Below, in pieces: positions 48,512 to 62,789 of a DNA stretch of 64,000 nt. The DNA lies in assembly GCA_963668675.2 (NCBI GenBank), contig CAXXMB010000002.1, forward strand, positions 1,280,001 to 1,344,000. The letters run 5' to 3'. This DNA is from an uncultured Desulfatitalea sp. (GTDB taxonomy: Bacteria; Desulfobacterota; Desulfobacteria; Desulfobacterales; Desulfosarcinaceae). Position 1 is the first letter of the stretch, and each line of letters opens with the position of its first letter. Under the pieces are notes generated by a model. The model was given only the letters and a program-made list of their open reading frames with translations. It did no database searches and had not been told where the DNA came from. A program made the position numbers and the translations under genes.

Positions 48512-50110
48512 ATGAGCGTCAACAGAACATTTGATGATATTGCAATAACAGGTCCCATTCAGCCCCAGTTCGACGCAATCCTGACCGAAGACGCCCTGCG
48601 CTTTGTCGCCGACCTCCACCGGCGATTCAATGACCGGCGCATCGAGCTTCTGGCCAAACGCGAAGATCGGCAACGCCAGATCGACAATGGGCAGCTGCCC
48701 GACTTCCTCCCGGAGACAGAAGAGATCCGAAACGGCGACTGGAAAATAGGCGCGGTACCGGCCGACCTCCAGGACCGTCGGGTTGAAATCACCGGCCCAG
48801 TGGAGCGCAAAATGATCATCAACGCGCTCAATTCGGGTGCATCCGCCTATATGGCCGATTTCGAAGACTCCCACGCTCCCACGTGGCAAGGCACCATCGA
48901 GGGACAAATCAACTTGCGAGATGCCGTGGAGGGCACCATTTCGCTCACCAGCCCCGAAGGCAAGCGATACGCGCTCAATGAAAAAACGGCGGTACTGCTG
49001 GTGCGCCCCCGGGGTTGGCACCTGGAAGAGAAGCACGTTCAGGTGGACGGGCAGTCCGTCTCGGGTGCGATCTTCGACTTCGCCCTCTACTTCTATCACA
49101 ACGCCAAAAAGCTTCTGGCGCGCGGTACAGGGCCCTATTTCTACCTGCCCAAACTGGAGAGCCATCTCGAAGCACGGCTTTGGAACGATATTTTTGTCCA
49201 CGCCCAACAGACCCTTGGGGTCCAGCCCGGCACCATCAAGGTTACGGTACTGATAGAGACCATATTGGCCGCCTTTGAAACCGACGAAATCCTCTACGAA
49301 CTGCGTGACCATATCGTGGCACTCAATTGCGGCCGCTGGGACTATATCTTCAGCTTCATCAAGCGCTTTCGAAATGTCCCCGGATACATCTTCCCGGACC
49401 GTTCGCTGATCACCATGACCCGGCACTGCATGCGCTCTTATGCGCTGCGCGTCATCCAGACCTGTCACCGCCGCGGTGCCCATGCCATGGGCGGCATGGC
49501 AGCCCAAATTCCCATCAAAGAGGATCCGCAAGCAAACGAGATTGCGCTGGGCAAAGTGAGGGAAGACAAAATACGCGAAGCGACTGAAGGCCACGACGGC
49601 ACATGGGTGGCACATCCCGGATTGGTGGCCATTGCCATGGAAGAGTTCAACAAGGCCATGCCCGCGGCCAATCAGGTGGAACGGCTGCGTGACGATGTGA
49701 CCATCACAGCGCAGGATCTGTTGAAAGTACCCGAAGGAACAATCACTGAGGGAGGCTTGAGAAACAACATCTCCGTTGGCATCCAGTACATGGCCCACTG
49801 GCTCAACGGCAACGGTTGCGTGCCGCTGTACAATCTGATGGAGGATGCTGCCACCGCAGAGATTGCCCGCGCCCAGGTCTGGCAGTGGCTACACCATCCC
49901 GAGGGCATTCTCGAAGATGGCCGCAAGGTGAACACCGCCATGGTCGAACAGATCATGCAGGAAGAGTTGGCCAATATACGAACCGAGGTGGGAGAACGGC
50001 AATTCAAAGATATCCCCTATGAGCAGGCCCAGGGCCTTTTCGGAGAGATCATTGCAAACCCTGAATTTGAAGAGTTTCTAACCTTGAAAGCCTATGAACG
50101 CCTGGATTAG
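48512..50110 (+). CDS. aceB: Malate synthase A
   Basis: DRRVEITGP, MADFEDS, VRPRGWH, GPYFYLPKLE, LNCGRWDYIFS, GGMAAQIP and LMEDAATAEI; 532 aa. Confidence 0.96.
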   Translation: MSVNRTFDDIAITGPIQPQFDAILTEDALRFVADLHRRFNDRRIELLAKREDRQRQIDNGQLPDFLPETEEIRNGDWKIGAVPADLQDRRVEITGPVERKMIINALNSGASAYMADFEDSHAPTWQGTIEGQINLRDAVEGTISLTSPEGKRYALNEKTAVLLVRPRGWHLEEKHVQVDGQSVSGAIFDFALYFYHNAKKLLARGTGPYFYLPKLESHLEARLWNDIFVHAQQTLGVQPGTIKVTVLIETILAAFETDEILYELRDHIVALNCGRWDYIFSFIKRFRNVPGYIFPDRSLITMTRHCMRSYALRVIQTCHRRGAHAMGGMAAQIPIKEDPQANEIALGKVREDKIREATEGHDGTWVAHPGLVAIAMEEFNKAMPAANQVERLRDDVTITAQDLLKVPEGTITEGGLRNNISVGIQYMAHWLNGNGCVPLYNLMEDAATAEIARAQVWQWLHHPEGILEDGRKVNTAMVEQIMQEELANIRTEVGERQFKDIPYEQAQGLFGEIIANPEFEEFLTLKAYERLD

Positions 50111-50284
50111 CGCCACGGCGGGCCTTGGAGGGGCAGCAAACTAACTGCCGCGCACTTAAGCCATCTCTGATCGTCTGCTGCCGTCCGTAACGAAAGAATA
50201 AAGCCGCCAAAGGGTATCTGTTCATGAGCTGCGGCGGTCACCCATATATGACAATTTACTTCCAACCCCAAAAGGAGGTCGTTT

Positions 50285-51622
50285 ATGCAGACCATCGCCG
50301 AAAAAGCTCAAGCCCTTTGTGATCGCCTCTCTTGCCATGAAATATTTCCCGATGAAGTATCCGCCCTGGAGTATATGTGGGAGAGTGATCCGCGCTGGAA
50401 GGGCATCGTCCGGCCTTACAGTGCCGAAGAGGTACTAAAACTGCGCGGCACGCTGAAAATTGAATACTCCCTGGCCGAGGCCGGTGCCCAGCGGCTGTGG
50501 CAGCTGCTGCACTCGGAGGATTACATCCCGGCGCTGGGCGCCCTGACCGGCAACCAGGCGGTACAGCAGGTTGAAGCCGGGTTGAAGGCCATCTATCTGA
50601 GCGGATGGCAAGTGGCGGCCGACAACAACCTGGCCGGGCAGATGTATCCGGACCAGAGCCTCTACCCGGCAAACAGCGTGCCTTCAGTCGTACGCCGTAT
50701 CAACAACGCCTTGCGCCGCGCCGATCAAATTCAGGTTCTGGATGGTCGCAAGAACGGCCCCTACTGGTATGCCCCCATCGTGGCCGATGCCGAGGCGGGC
50801 TTCGGCGGTCCGCTTAACGCCTTTGAACTGATGCGCGAGATGATCGAAGCTGGCGCTGCAGGGGTGCACTTCGAGGATCAACTGGCCTCCGCCAAGAAGT
50901 GCGGCCACATGGGCGGAAAGGTGCTTGTGCCGACCCAGGAGTTCATCATCAAATTGATCTCCGCACGCCTTGCTGCGGATATCTGCGGTGTGCCGACCGT
51001 GCTGATCGCTCGCACCGATGCCGAAGCGACCCGTCTGCTCACCAGCGATTTCGACGAGCGCGACAAACCCTTCCTGCTCGACCAGCCGCGATCGTCAGAG
51101 GGCTTCTACTATATCGACGCCGGAATCGATCTGGCCATCGCACGCGGTTTGGCCTATGCGCCTTACGCCGACATTGTCTGGTGCGAAACTCAGAAGCCGG
51201 ATATCCAAGAGGCTCTAAAATTCGCCGAAGGCATCCACGCCAAATTCCCGGGCAAACTGCTGGCCTACAACTGCTCGCCATCCTTCAACTGGAAGGCCCA
51301 CCTGGATGACAAGGTGATCGCCAATTTTCAAAAGGATCTGGCCGAAATGGGGTACAAATTTCAGTTTGTCACCCTGGCAGGCTTCCACACGTTGAACCTG
51401 GGCATGTTCGATCTGGCCCACAGTTACAAAACCCAAGGCATGGCCGCTTACGCCCGTTTTCAGGAAACGGAGTTCGCCCATGGTAAGGACGACGGTTACA
51501 TGGCCACCACCCACCAGAAATTCGTGGGTGCCGGCTATTTTGACCGGCTTCTCAACAGCATCACCGAGGGACAATCCTCTGTGGCAGCGCTGAAAGGATC
51601 GACGGAAGAGTCTCAGTTCTAA
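50285..51622 (+). CDS. aceA: Isocitrate lyase
   Basis: [26 protein letters not shown] catalytic motif and YNCSPSFNW. Confidence 0.96.
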   Translation: MQTIAEKAQALCDRLSCHEIFPDEVSALEYMWESDPRWKGIVRPYSAEEVLKLRGTLKIEYSLAEAGAQRLWQLLHSEDYIPALGALTGNQAVQQVEAGLKAIYLSGWQVAADNNLAGQMYPDQSLYPANSVPSVVRRINNALRRADQIQVLDGRKNGPYWYAPIVADAEAGFGGPLNAFELMREMIEAGAAGVHFEDQLASAKKCGHMGGKVLVPTQEFIIKLISARLAADICGVPTVLIARTDAEATRLLTSDFDERDKPFLLDQPRSSEGFYYIDAGIDLAIARGLAYAPYADIVWCETQKPDIQEALKFAEGIHAKFPGKLLAYNCSPSFNWKAHLDDKVIANFQKDLAEMGYKFQFVTLAGFHTLNLGMFDLAHSYKTQGMAAYARFQETEFAHGKDDGYMATTHQKFVGAGYFDRLLNSITEGQSSVAALKGSTEESQF

Positions 51623-51645
51623 TCTCCTGCCCCAACAGACAACCC

Positions 51646-51702
51646 AATCGGCCCCGCTTTGCCAAGCACGCGATATCTTAGCGATGGCAAAAGGGGCCGA
51701 TT
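51646..51702 (+). terminator. Hairpin, probable terminator after aceA
   Basis: AATCGGCCCC/GGGGCCGATT stem with an inner TTTGCCA/TGGCAAA stem. Confidence 0.6.
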
Positions 51703-51770
51703 TGCTTTGGAAACGATTCAGAACGTCAATGCCGGCCTGAACATTGCCTTTTTCCTAATGCCGGATCCTA

Positions 51771-51799
51771 TTGACAGCGATCCCCAACACGATTATAAC
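51771..51799 (+). promoter_or_regulatory. sigma70-type promoter
   Basis: TTGACA-N17-TATAAC upstream of the 52009 CDS. Confidence 0.5.
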
Positions 51800-52008
51800 C
51801 CTGCCACTCACACACCCATCTCATACCGAATCATAAAATTGAAAACAGGAAGGGCAGCGGCCGCAAATATATGGCGAGCGGCCACCGTGCGCATCTTTCA
51901 TAACGCAACCTCCTTAAAAAACTGACCATTAAGTGGTCATCCGCCGCTTTGAACCGGAGCAAGCGGTCAAGGCAATTTATATAAAAAGGCTTCGATGGCA
52001 GGAGTATT

Positions 52009-53139
52009 ATGGACGCACAAAAAAACACCCTCGTTCTCTATTTCGATCCCAACCACACACCAACACAGCAAAAAGTTCGGGATTGTCTGATCCGATTGTC
52101 GCCAGGGAATGCTGACCGAATGGATACGCTGCTGAAACGCGGCAGGGTGGTCCTCAAGCGAAATGCCGATCCGCATAAAGATCGACGTATTGTTGCACTT
52201 TTAGCTGAAACCGGCGGTATCTGCCGTTTTGAGAAGGCGGCCGACAACACCGTTGCGGATGAGGCCAGCAAAACCCTCCCTGCCCGGACGATGGTGTGTC
52301 CCAAATGCAAGCGCGCCCAAAATATAGCGGCGGAGTGCAGCCATTGCGGACTCATCATCGACAAATTCAAAACGCAGATTAAACAGGCCAAGTCACCAAC
52401 ACAGGTGCCGCAACCCCCATTGAACCCGGTTGACAAACCGTCCGAATCCCGCCCACGCCTCTGGGACCCACTGAAAGCGCAGTACGGCCCATCGATAGAA
52501 AAGGCATTGCAATGGTTGAAGGGCAATCCGGTAGGCGGTAAAAAGGTACAACAGTGGTCGAAGCGCATCGCCGACGCCATCTTTCGCTGTATGGTTGTTT
52601 TTACGGTTACCCTGTTGTTGGAAATCGGACTGCTTTACCTGGCCAGAATGGTTTGGTTTGTTTACACATCGACCACGGTAGGCCAAGTCTACCTCTCTAA
52701 ATTCGGTGGCGACACAAACGGTATTCACTATCTGCTGCAATCCAATATGGCTATGGTCGGATGGCAAACGAGTATCACCGTCCTAGTACTATGCATCCTG
52801 TTCGGGATCGCAGCCCAATGGTTTCATCTGATACGTTCTTTATATCTTCCATTTGGATTTCTGGGTCACACACTTTTATGGGTATTGCCCCTCACGGGAT
52901 TGTCGGCCTGGCACCTCTATCAGGGGGGACTCACCAACCGGATGGGCGTCTCATGCGCCTTGACAATCCTTCCAATCCTTTTACTACTGCCAGCCTGCAT
53001 CCAATTCGCTCAAACCGCGGTGCCCGAAATGGGTGCCGTAATCCGCGTCAGCAAGGATGCTGCCGGCGGACTAGACCCGCACCTAAAGGGGCTGAAGGAC
53101 AAAATGAAATCATTTTTAAACGATCTATTGCAATCGTAA
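52009..53139 (+). CDS. Hypothetical membrane protein with Zn-ribbon
   Basis: CPKC-x9-CSHC motif followed by about 4 TM segments; AGGAG RBS. Confidence 0.75.
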   Translation: MDAQKNTLVLYFDPNHTPTQQKVRDCLIRLSPGNADRMDTLLKRGRVVLKRNADPHKDRRIVALLAETGGICRFEKAADNTVADEASKTLPARTMVCPKCKRAQNIAAECSHCGLIIDKFKTQIKQAKSPTQVPQPPLNPVDKPSESRPRLWDPLKAQYGPSIEKALQWLKGNPVGGKKVQQWSKRIADAIFRCMVVFTVTLLLEIGLLYLARMVWFVYTSTTVGQVYLSKFGGDTNGIHYLLQSNMAMVGWQTSITVLVLCILFGIAAQWFHLIRSLYLPFGFLGHTLLWVLPLTGLSAWHLYQGGLTNRMGVSCALTILPILLLLPACIQFAQTAVPEMGAVIRVSKDAAGGLDPHLKGLKDKMKSFLNDLLQS

Positions 53140-53343
53140 TACAGCGGCCACAATGACATCATCACTCCGTTAGCAGCATCGGTTGCGATTCAGCCCTTTG
53201 AGAAGAACGAAGCGTATCCATTTGATCGTCAGGGTGAACGACCGCCTTCACAGACACAACGAATATGTCTTCAACGACCGCTTGCACAAGTGACCCGTCT
53301 TTAATATGCTTATTAAGCGTTTCTCGCTGAAGGAGTGCAAGCC

Positions 53344-54678
53344 ATGGCTGACATCAAAAGGACCCACACCAGAATTATCCGGTTTCTTGAAAATGAAATC
53401 TGGCGCCTAAACAAAAGCGACCTAGCCGGAGCAAAAGCACTTTTTCTCAAACCCCTGCAGATCCTGGTCCTGGCCGGGCAGAAATACATGCACGACAACT
53501 GTGCCCTGCGTGCTTCTGCCCTGACCTTCTATACCCTTCTCTCTGTTGTTCCGGTGGCCGCCATGGCCTTTGGCATCGCTAAAGGATTTGGCCTGGAGCA
53601 GCGCCTGGAGACCCTGATCTACCAACGACTGGTCGGCCAGGAAGAGGTTGTGGAGAGGGTCATCACATTTGCCCGCTCGCTCCTCGCCAACACCCAGGGC
53701 GGCCTGATCGCCGGCATCGGTGTGGCTCTGCTTTTCTGGTCGGCCATCAAGGTATTGAACCATATAGAGGACACTTTCAATCAAATCTGGGAAGTCAAGT
53801 CGCGATCGTTCATACGCAAATTCACGGACTACCTCGCCATTATGATCATCAGTCCGCTTCTGGTGGTCATTTCGAGCAGCGTCAATGTCTACATCATGAC
53901 CCAGGTGACCGCCATCACCGGTAAATTGGCACTGCTGAAAATGGCCAGCCCGCTGATCTTTTTTCTGCTCAAGCTGCTTCCCTTCGGTTTGATCTGGCTG
54001 CTGTTCATTCTGATCTACATCGTCATGCCCAACACACGTGTTCGATGGACATCGGCCCTGATTGCCGGCATCATAGGGGCCTTCATCTTCCAATTGACGC
54101 AGGGCGTCTATATTCATGCCCAGGTACTGTTGTCCAAATACAATGCCATTTACGGCAGTTTTGCCGCACTGCCCTTCTTTCTCATCTGGTTGCAGTTGAG
54201 CTGGATGATCGTGTTGATCGGCGCCCAAATCGCCTATGCCCACCAACATGTGGATCAATACGCCATGCATGTCGGCTATCAGGAGATGAGCTCGTATACC
54301 CGAAAAGCCAATGCGATAAATATCTTAAGAGAGGTGGTTGCCAGTTTCAAGCAGGGCGGACCACCGCTGAAAGCGGAAGAGATCGCCGCCCGCCTCGAGC
54401 TGCCTCGCCCGTTGGTTTCCAGGTTGCTTGAGCAGCTGATCAACAGCAAAATGGTGAACGCCGTCAACATTGAAGCGGAAGAGGAGTTTGGCTATCAACC
54501 GGCGCGTGACATTCACAGCATTACGGTGGTGGACGCACTGTCCGCCCTGGACAGATCCATGACAGACAGCTCACCGGAGCATGAAGACCAAAAGCTTGGC
54601 CGTACGTCTGAAATTTTGGAAGCGATCGAGAAGGAGGCCCAAGAAGCGCAGGCCAACATTTTGGTCAAAGACATATAG
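53344..54678 (+). CDS. YihY/BrkB family membrane protein with C-terminal winged-HTH (Rrf2-like)
   Basis: RASALTFYTLLSVVP, IEDTFNQIW, IYGSFAALPFFLIW; C-terminal ...QPARDIHSITV. Confidence 0.88.
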   Translation: MADIKRTHTRIIRFLENEIWRLNKSDLAGAKALFLKPLQILVLAGQKYMHDNCALRASALTFYTLLSVVPVAAMAFGIAKGFGLEQRLETLIYQRLVGQEEVVERVITFARSLLANTQGGLIAGIGVALLFWSAIKVLNHIEDTFNQIWEVKSRSFIRKFTDYLAIMIISPLLVVISSSVNVYIMTQVTAITGKLALLKMASPLIFFLLKLLPFGLIWLLFILIYIVMPNTRVRWTSALIAGIIGAFIFQLTQGVYIHAQVLLSKYNAIYGSFAALPFFLIWLQLSWMIVLIGAQIAYAHQHVDQYAMHVGYQEMSSYTRKANAINILREVVASFKQGGPPLKAEEIAARLELPRPLVSRLLEQLINSKMVNAVNIEAEEEFGYQPARDIHSITVVDALSALDRSMTDSSPEHEDQKLGRTSEILEAIEKEAQEAQANILVKDI

Positions 54679-54707
54679 ATAAGCGAGGGAACTGGTATTT
54701 AGATCCT

Positions 54708-55289
54708 TTAGAAGAAATACTTTATCACGACAAAGCCCAGGACCAGCAGTATGACAAACCCAATCGCCAACGCATCAAAATAGCGATCGATCACCTTCTG
54801 AATACCCGGTCCGAACTTGTAGATCAAACCGCCGACCAGAAAAAAGCGGGCGGTGCGTGAGATCAGCGATGCCAGCACGAAAACGCCAAAATCGATTTTA
54901 AACATGCCGGCCGCAATGGTGAACACCTTGTAGGGAATAGGCGTAAATCCGGCAATTCCAACGGCCCAGGCATCGTATCGTTGATACAGGGATTCGATAT
55001 AGGCAACTTTATCTGCAAAGCCATACAAGTCGACGATCTTCTGCCCCATTCCGGTCATGAAGCCGTAGCCGATGACATACCCCAGGCAACCGCCCAGAAG
55101 AGATCCTATAGAGCAAACCAGAGCGTACTTCAATGCCTTTTCCGGCTTGGCCACGGCCAGAGCGATGAGGAGAACATCCGGAGGTATGGGGAAAAAAGAG
55201 GCTTCCGCTAGTGAGAGCAGGAAAAGCGCCCAGGTGCTGTATGGCGTCTCGGCCCAATGGAGAACCCAATCGTACAAACGGCGAAGCAT
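54708..55289 (-). CDS. YqaA/DedA (VTT domain) family membrane protein
   Basis: EASFFPIPPDVLL, GFTPIPYKVFTI and SRTARFF. Confidence 0.88.
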   Translation of the reverse strand: MLRRLYDWVLHWAETPYSTWALFLLSLAEASFFPIPPDVLLIALAVAKPEKALKYALVCSIGSLLGGCLGYVIGYGFMTGMGQKIVDLYGFADKVAYIESLYQRYDAWAVGIAGFTPIPYKVFTIAAGMFKIDFGVFVLASLISRTARFFLVGGLIYKFGPGIQKVIDRYFDALAIGFVILLVLGFVVIKYFF

Positions 55290-55940
55290 TTAGGACTCTC
55301 TCCAGCCATGCTCACCAACCAGCTTCACAAATCGGCAACCGCCCAGGTTGAGTTGATGCACGCCCTTCTCATCGCGCACCAATTGAATCAACTCTTGAGC
55401 ATACTGGTTTCCTACGGGGATCACCATACGCCCGCCGATGGCCAGTTGGTTGACCAGGAGGGCCGGCACTTCGGGTGCGCCGGCGGTGACGATGATGGCA
55501 TCAAATGGCCCCTCGTCTCGCCAGCCCGACGTGCCGTCTGAATAGCGCGTTACGATGTTGTGGTATCCCAACTGGTCGAACAGCTTGCGCGCCCTGACAT
55601 ATAGGTTGTGGATGCGTTCGATGGTGTAGACCCGGTAGGCAATCTGGGCCAAGATTGCGGCCTGGTAACCCGATCCGGTTCCGATCTCCAGAACGCGGTC
55701 ATCCTTGCCGAGTTTGAGAGCCTGGGTCATCTCTGCGACAATATAGGGTTGGGAGATGGTCTGCTGTTCGCCAATCGGCAGGGGAAAGTCACTGTATGCC
55801 TGATCCATCAACGCTTCACTGACGAAGAGGTGGCGCGGCACCTGGCGCATGGCGGCCAGGACCGCAGGATCGTTTATGCCCCGGGCCTCGATCTGCTTTT
55901 CCACCATGTCATTGCGTAAACGGTCAAATTTCATCGGCAT
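55290..55940 (-). CDS. pcm: Protein-L-isoaspartate O-methyltransferase
   Basis: [25 protein letters not shown] and PFDAIIVTA. Confidence 0.95.
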   Translation of the reverse strand: MPMKFDRLRNDMVEKQIEARGINDPAVLAAMRQVPRHLFVSEALMDQAYSDFPLPIGEQQTISQPYIVAEMTQALKLGKDDRVLEIGTGSGYQAAILAQIAYRVYTIERIHNLYVRARKLFDQLGYHNIVTRYSDGTSGWRDEGPFDAIIVTAGAPEVPALLVNQLAIGGRMVIPVGNQYAQELIQLVRDEKGVHQLNLGGCRFVKLVGEHGWRES

Positions 55941-56131
55941 TCAACTCCCGGCAACCGTCTATCAGAGCCGCTCCATGCGGTCAAGCGGTTAGTGGGCACC
56001 GGCAAGCGCACGCTAACTCAAACGCCTTGCTTTTTATATAAAATCTTCATACTTTGGATCTATGACTTACAGATGAACTGCCTGCCGCATGATCGTATAT
56101 CGGAAGTCCATGCGGTGAGCATAAGGAGTCT

Positions 56132-57139
56132 ATGGAAAACACCAAACACTTTGTGCTGTCACTACTGCTCTCGGTTCTGTTGATGATCGTGGGAACTGCC
56201 GGATATATGGTCATCGAGGGGTGGGATCCTCTGGATTCCCTCTACATGACCATTACTACGCTGGCAACCGTTGGGTATGGCGAAGTTCACCCGCTCACGA
56301 CGATGGGCCGTATATACTCCATCGTTCTTATTATCCTGGGTGTGGGTTTTTTCTTGTACGTAGGCGGCGCCGTCATCCAATTTATGGTGGAGGGCCGGGT
56401 CAGACTCATCTTGGGGAGGCGAAGATTGGACCGAAAAATTGCCCGTCTTAAAGATCACTACATCGTCTGCGGCTTTGGCCGTATCGGCAAAGTCATCTGC
56501 GACAAACTCCTCAGGGAAGACTATAGTGTAGTGGTCATCGATAGGAATCCTGATCTGGTTGAAAAGCTGGAAGCGATGAAAATCGCCTATATCTGCGGCG
56601 ATGCCGGGGATGAAGCCGTTCTGGCAAAAGCAGGTTTGGGCCGTGCCAAAGCGCTGGTTGCCGCCCTTGCCACCGACACAGAGAATGTATTTCTGGTGCT
56701 CACCGCCAGGCAGTTGGCCCCCCAGCTCAATATCATGGCGCGCGCCGGCAGCGACGCCGCCAAAGCCAAATTGAAGGCGGCCGGCGCAAACATTGCCGAG
56801 GCCCCCTATGAAACCGGTGCCGCAACCATGGCCCAGCGTATTCTGCGTCCCAACGTGACCAACTTTCTCGATCTGGCATTTTCCGCCCAACGGCACGAGG
56901 AGATCCAGATGGAAGAGATCCCCATAGCGGCCGGCTCATCCATGTGCGGTCTTACGCTCAAGGATTCCGAGATACGCCAAAAGTACAACCTGATTATCAT
57001 CGCCATTAAAAAGGAGGATGACCAGATGCTGTTCAACCCCGCCTTCGGGGCAAAGCTGAGAGCCGGGGAGACTGTCATTGCTGTGGGCGAGCCGCCTTAT
57101 CTGAAACAGCTGGAGGCGGTGCTCAATCCGACGCACTGA
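56132..57139 (+). CDS. Potassium channel with RCK (TrkA-N/TrkA-C) domains, MthK-like
   Basis: TVGYG selectivity filter; CGFGRIG RCK motif. Confidence 0.92.
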   Translation: MENTKHFVLSLLLSVLLMIVGTAGYMVIEGWDPLDSLYMTITTLATVGYGEVHPLTTMGRIYSIVLIILGVGFFLYVGGAVIQFMVEGRVRLILGRRRLDRKIARLKDHYIVCGFGRIGKVICDKLLREDYSVVVIDRNPDLVEKLEAMKIAYICGDAGDEAVLAKAGLGRAKALVAALATDTENVFLVLTARQLAPQLNIMARAGSDAAKAKLKAAGANIAEAPYETGAATMAQRILRPNVTNFLDLAFSAQRHEEIQMEEIPIAAGSSMCGLTLKDSEIRQKYNLIIIAIKKEDDQMLFNPAFGAKLRAGETVIAVGEPPYLKQLEAVLNPTH

Positions 57140-57232
57140 CAGCTGATAGCGACCATCATGTTAAGAACCGCAGCATATACCCAAAAAGGGATAGAGACGA
57201 TAGAACCCGGTTGGAACCCAAAGTGAAACAGA

Positions 57233-57820
57233 TCAAATTTTGTAGATCACACGATCTTCCGTAATCACGATATCCACATATTTATCATGGCTCTCAAGGG
57301 GAATCACCGGAACGATTTGCAGCTCATAGACCAGGCCGACCTTGCGGGTGGTAATGGGCAGCTCTGGTAGCAGGCGGTCGTAATAGCCATTGCCCTGGCC
57401 GATACGTCCGCCCTTTTCATCCATTGCCACTCCAGGCACGATAGCAATGTCCAGGCAGTCGATGGGGACCGGTTTGCACCGTTTGGTATTGGGCTCCAGG
57501 TTACCGCGCGGCCCTTGGACCAGATCCTTGTCAAGATCATCGACTTTAAACAGCCGCATGGCATGGGCGGAGGGGTCGAAGTTGGGCAAGACGATGATTT
57601 TGCCGTAAAGGTAGCTGCGACGAATAATCTCAAGGGTGTCCACTTCGTTTGGAGCGGGTGTATACAACAAAACAATGCGGGACTCCAAAAAATTGGCAAA
57701 CTCAAACAGCCGGTTCTCGATGGCCTGCTTTTGCTTATCGACCTCATCGGCGGGCAGGGTTGCCATTTTGTTCGCCACTTCATCGCGAATGTCTTGTTTC
57801 TTCTCTCGGATTTCCTCCAT
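57233..57820 (-). CDS. 5-formyltetrahydrofolate cyclo-ligase
   Basis: NEVDT, IVPGVAMD..GGRIGQGNGYYDR and HDKYVD; ATG 57820 with GGAGAG RBS. Confidence 0.9.
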   Translation of the reverse strand: MEEIREKKQDIRDEVANKMATLPADEVDKQKQAIENRLFEFANFLESRIVLLYTPAPNEVDTLEIIRRSYLYGKIIVLPNFDPSAHAMRLFKVDDLDKDLVQGPRGNLEPNTKRCKPVPIDCLDIAIVPGVAMDEKGGRIGQGNGYYDRLLPELPITTRKVGLVYELQIVPVIPLESHDKYVDIVITEDRVIYKI

Positions 57821-57890
57821 TGCACTCTCCGGTAGCCTGTTTGTGAAACGATCGTTTTTGGCGGTCGTCGACAAAGTCAACTAACAATAA

Positions 57891-60826
<2,936 letters not shown>

Positions 60827-60976
60827 CGGGAGCGCTCGATCCGGGAGTGAGTTGACCGAACGCGGGATATGATCCGGACACGAGAAATGCAACAATGCAT
60901 CGCGCCACCCTCAAAAGGCATCCATTGTGTATCGCCAGAGTCATACAGACTGGCCCAACCAGAGAGCATTGATAAT

Positions 60977-62767
60977 ATGACCCGGTCGAAAGAGAGTTTC
61001 GCTACGGCAGCCTGTACAACATCTCTTCACCTTCTTGTGCGGGGAGTGCTCATCCTGGTCCTGCTGCTGTCGGTGACCGGCGTCAGATCGGCGTCGGCCA
61101 GCAGTTTGATCTATAAGAACTACATCGTACGCTACGATCGCGGATGGGATATCCTTTGCGAACCCTATGTCGTCCAGAAAAACGACTGGATCCTCAAAAT
61201 CTTCCGCCAGAAAGGTGAGATCGCCCACTCCGACTTTCGGGAGTTCCTGGGAATCTTCCAGCGCCTCAACCCCCACGTCACGGACATCAACATGGTCCGT
61301 CCGGGGCAGGCCGTCGACATCCCCTTGCGAAAACTCGAACACGGCGCCCTCCCAGGCCAAGCCAGTGGTGTGGTCACGATCCCTTTTGTCACATTAACCA
61401 AGGTGATCGAAGCCATCCACCAGAGCTCCAGCCAGTATGTCATCCAGAAGGGCGACACCGTCTCCGAATTGGTAGCCAAATACTACGGCCGTTACGGCAG
61501 CCGCTCCTACCAGGAGGGCGTCAAACTGTTTCAGGCCGCCAATCCGCAGATCACAAACATCGACAAGATCTATGCCGGCCAGAAAATCTACCTGCCCGAC
61601 CCGTCCATCCGAGAAAAAGAGTGGTACGATGCCATGTATGACGAGCAAGGCAACTTGCGCCAAACCCTCAAGCCGGGCGCTAAACCCGCTTCGGACGATG
61701 TCCGGACCGCCCGCTCGCCCTTGCCGTCGCCCGAGCCGTCCGAACCCCAAAGCCCTCTCGAAGAGGCCGCCGCCACAGTGGGCGGCAACCTTTCCACCAA
61801 AGGCACCTATTTCATCCCCCAGGCGGACGGCAATGACTTCGAAATCGATCTTTCGCAGCACCCCATGTTGACGCTGCCGGAAAGCAAAATGCTCTTTACC
61901 CAAAATGGCCGTATCATGGGTGTCTCGCCCGAAAGGTTGCAACAGAGCTGGCCGGAAGGAAAAGTGATCGATTACGACGAAGCGGCATCGGTGGAGGAGA
62001 TCGTAGCTGCCATCTTCGGCGCCCTGGAAGAGAAGGAGGACGCCCAGAGCGAAGTGAGTTTCTGGAACCAGGGCGTCCAGGTCACCGTGCGCGCCAAATG
62101 GATCAAGGCCCTGAGCGATCAGCGCTGGCTCTGTATCACCCCCATCGCCACCCCTGAAGAGCGCACCCCCGAGCCGATGCGCCGCTACCTTGAACAAAAC
62201 GGTATACAGATCAAAGAGGTGCTTCCCGGCAACCCGTCAGCCTCGGCGTCTCCAAACGAAGCCGAACAGCGCCACATGGTGAAAAACATCCTGGCCATCG
62301 CACCCAACGGACAAAAAGATTTCGCCCAACGCCTCTGCAAAGCGCTCAATTTCAGCTACGCTCCCAATGTGGCCGTCTCGTTTCCCTACGCCGGCATCCA
62401 GATCCAAGCTTACGCCAATCTGCTCTCAACCCCCAGCGGCAAAGAGATACTGATCGATTTTGGGGATCTTTACGGCGATGCCATAGAATCGATCAGTAAA
62501 AGCGGCATGCAGGTGGTTCAGATCACTGCGAACGACACCTATACCGCCATGGTGCGCAAAATACTGACGGCATTGGATGAACGCTACGTCGACAACCCGA
62601 CCTTTCTGGCCGCCCGCAGGGCACCCGACTACAACACTTCTGTCACCGTTCAAGGTGTTCTATACGCCGACTCCAAAAACAACCGGACCATACTGTCGGC
62701 AGCAGATCTGCATTCGGCGGTGACCGATCTGTTGAGCGCCGAAGGCGTGGCCGTGGTTACGTGGTAA
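60977..62767 (+). CDS. Exported LysM-domain protein
   Basis: Signal/TM segment; two LysM-like repeats (YVVQKND...LNPHV...PGQ and YVIQKGD...ANPQI...AGQKIYLP); start uncertain. Confidence 0.78.
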   Translation: MTRSKESFATAACTTSLHLLVRGVLILVLLLSVTGVRSASASSLIYKNYIVRYDRGWDILCEPYVVQKNDWILKIFRQKGEIAHSDFREFLGIFQRLNPHVTDINMVRPGQAVDIPLRKLEHGALPGQASGVVTIPFVTLTKVIEAIHQSSSQYVIQKGDTVSELVAKYYGRYGSRSYQEGVKLFQAANPQITNIDKIYAGQKIYLPDPSIREKEWYDAMYDEQGNLRQTLKPGAKPASDDVRTARSPLPSPEPSEPQSPLEEAAATVGGNLSTKGTYFIPQADGNDFEIDLSQHPMLTLPESKMLFTQNGRIMGVSPERLQQSWPEGKVIDYDEAASVEEIVAAIFGALEEKEDAQSEVSFWNQGVQVTVRAKWIKALSDQRWLCITPIATPEERTPEPMRRYLEQNGIQIKEVLPGNPSASASPNEAEQRHMVKNILAIAPNGQKDFAQRLCKALNFSYAPNVAVSFPYAGIQIQAYANLLSTPSGKEILIDFGDLYGDAIESISKSGMQVVQITANDTYTAMVRKILTALDERYVDNPTFLAARRAPDYNTSVTVQGVLYADSKNNRTILSAADLHSAVTDLLSAEGVAVVTW

Positions 62768-62789
62768 ACAATATGAGGAAAAGCAAGAA

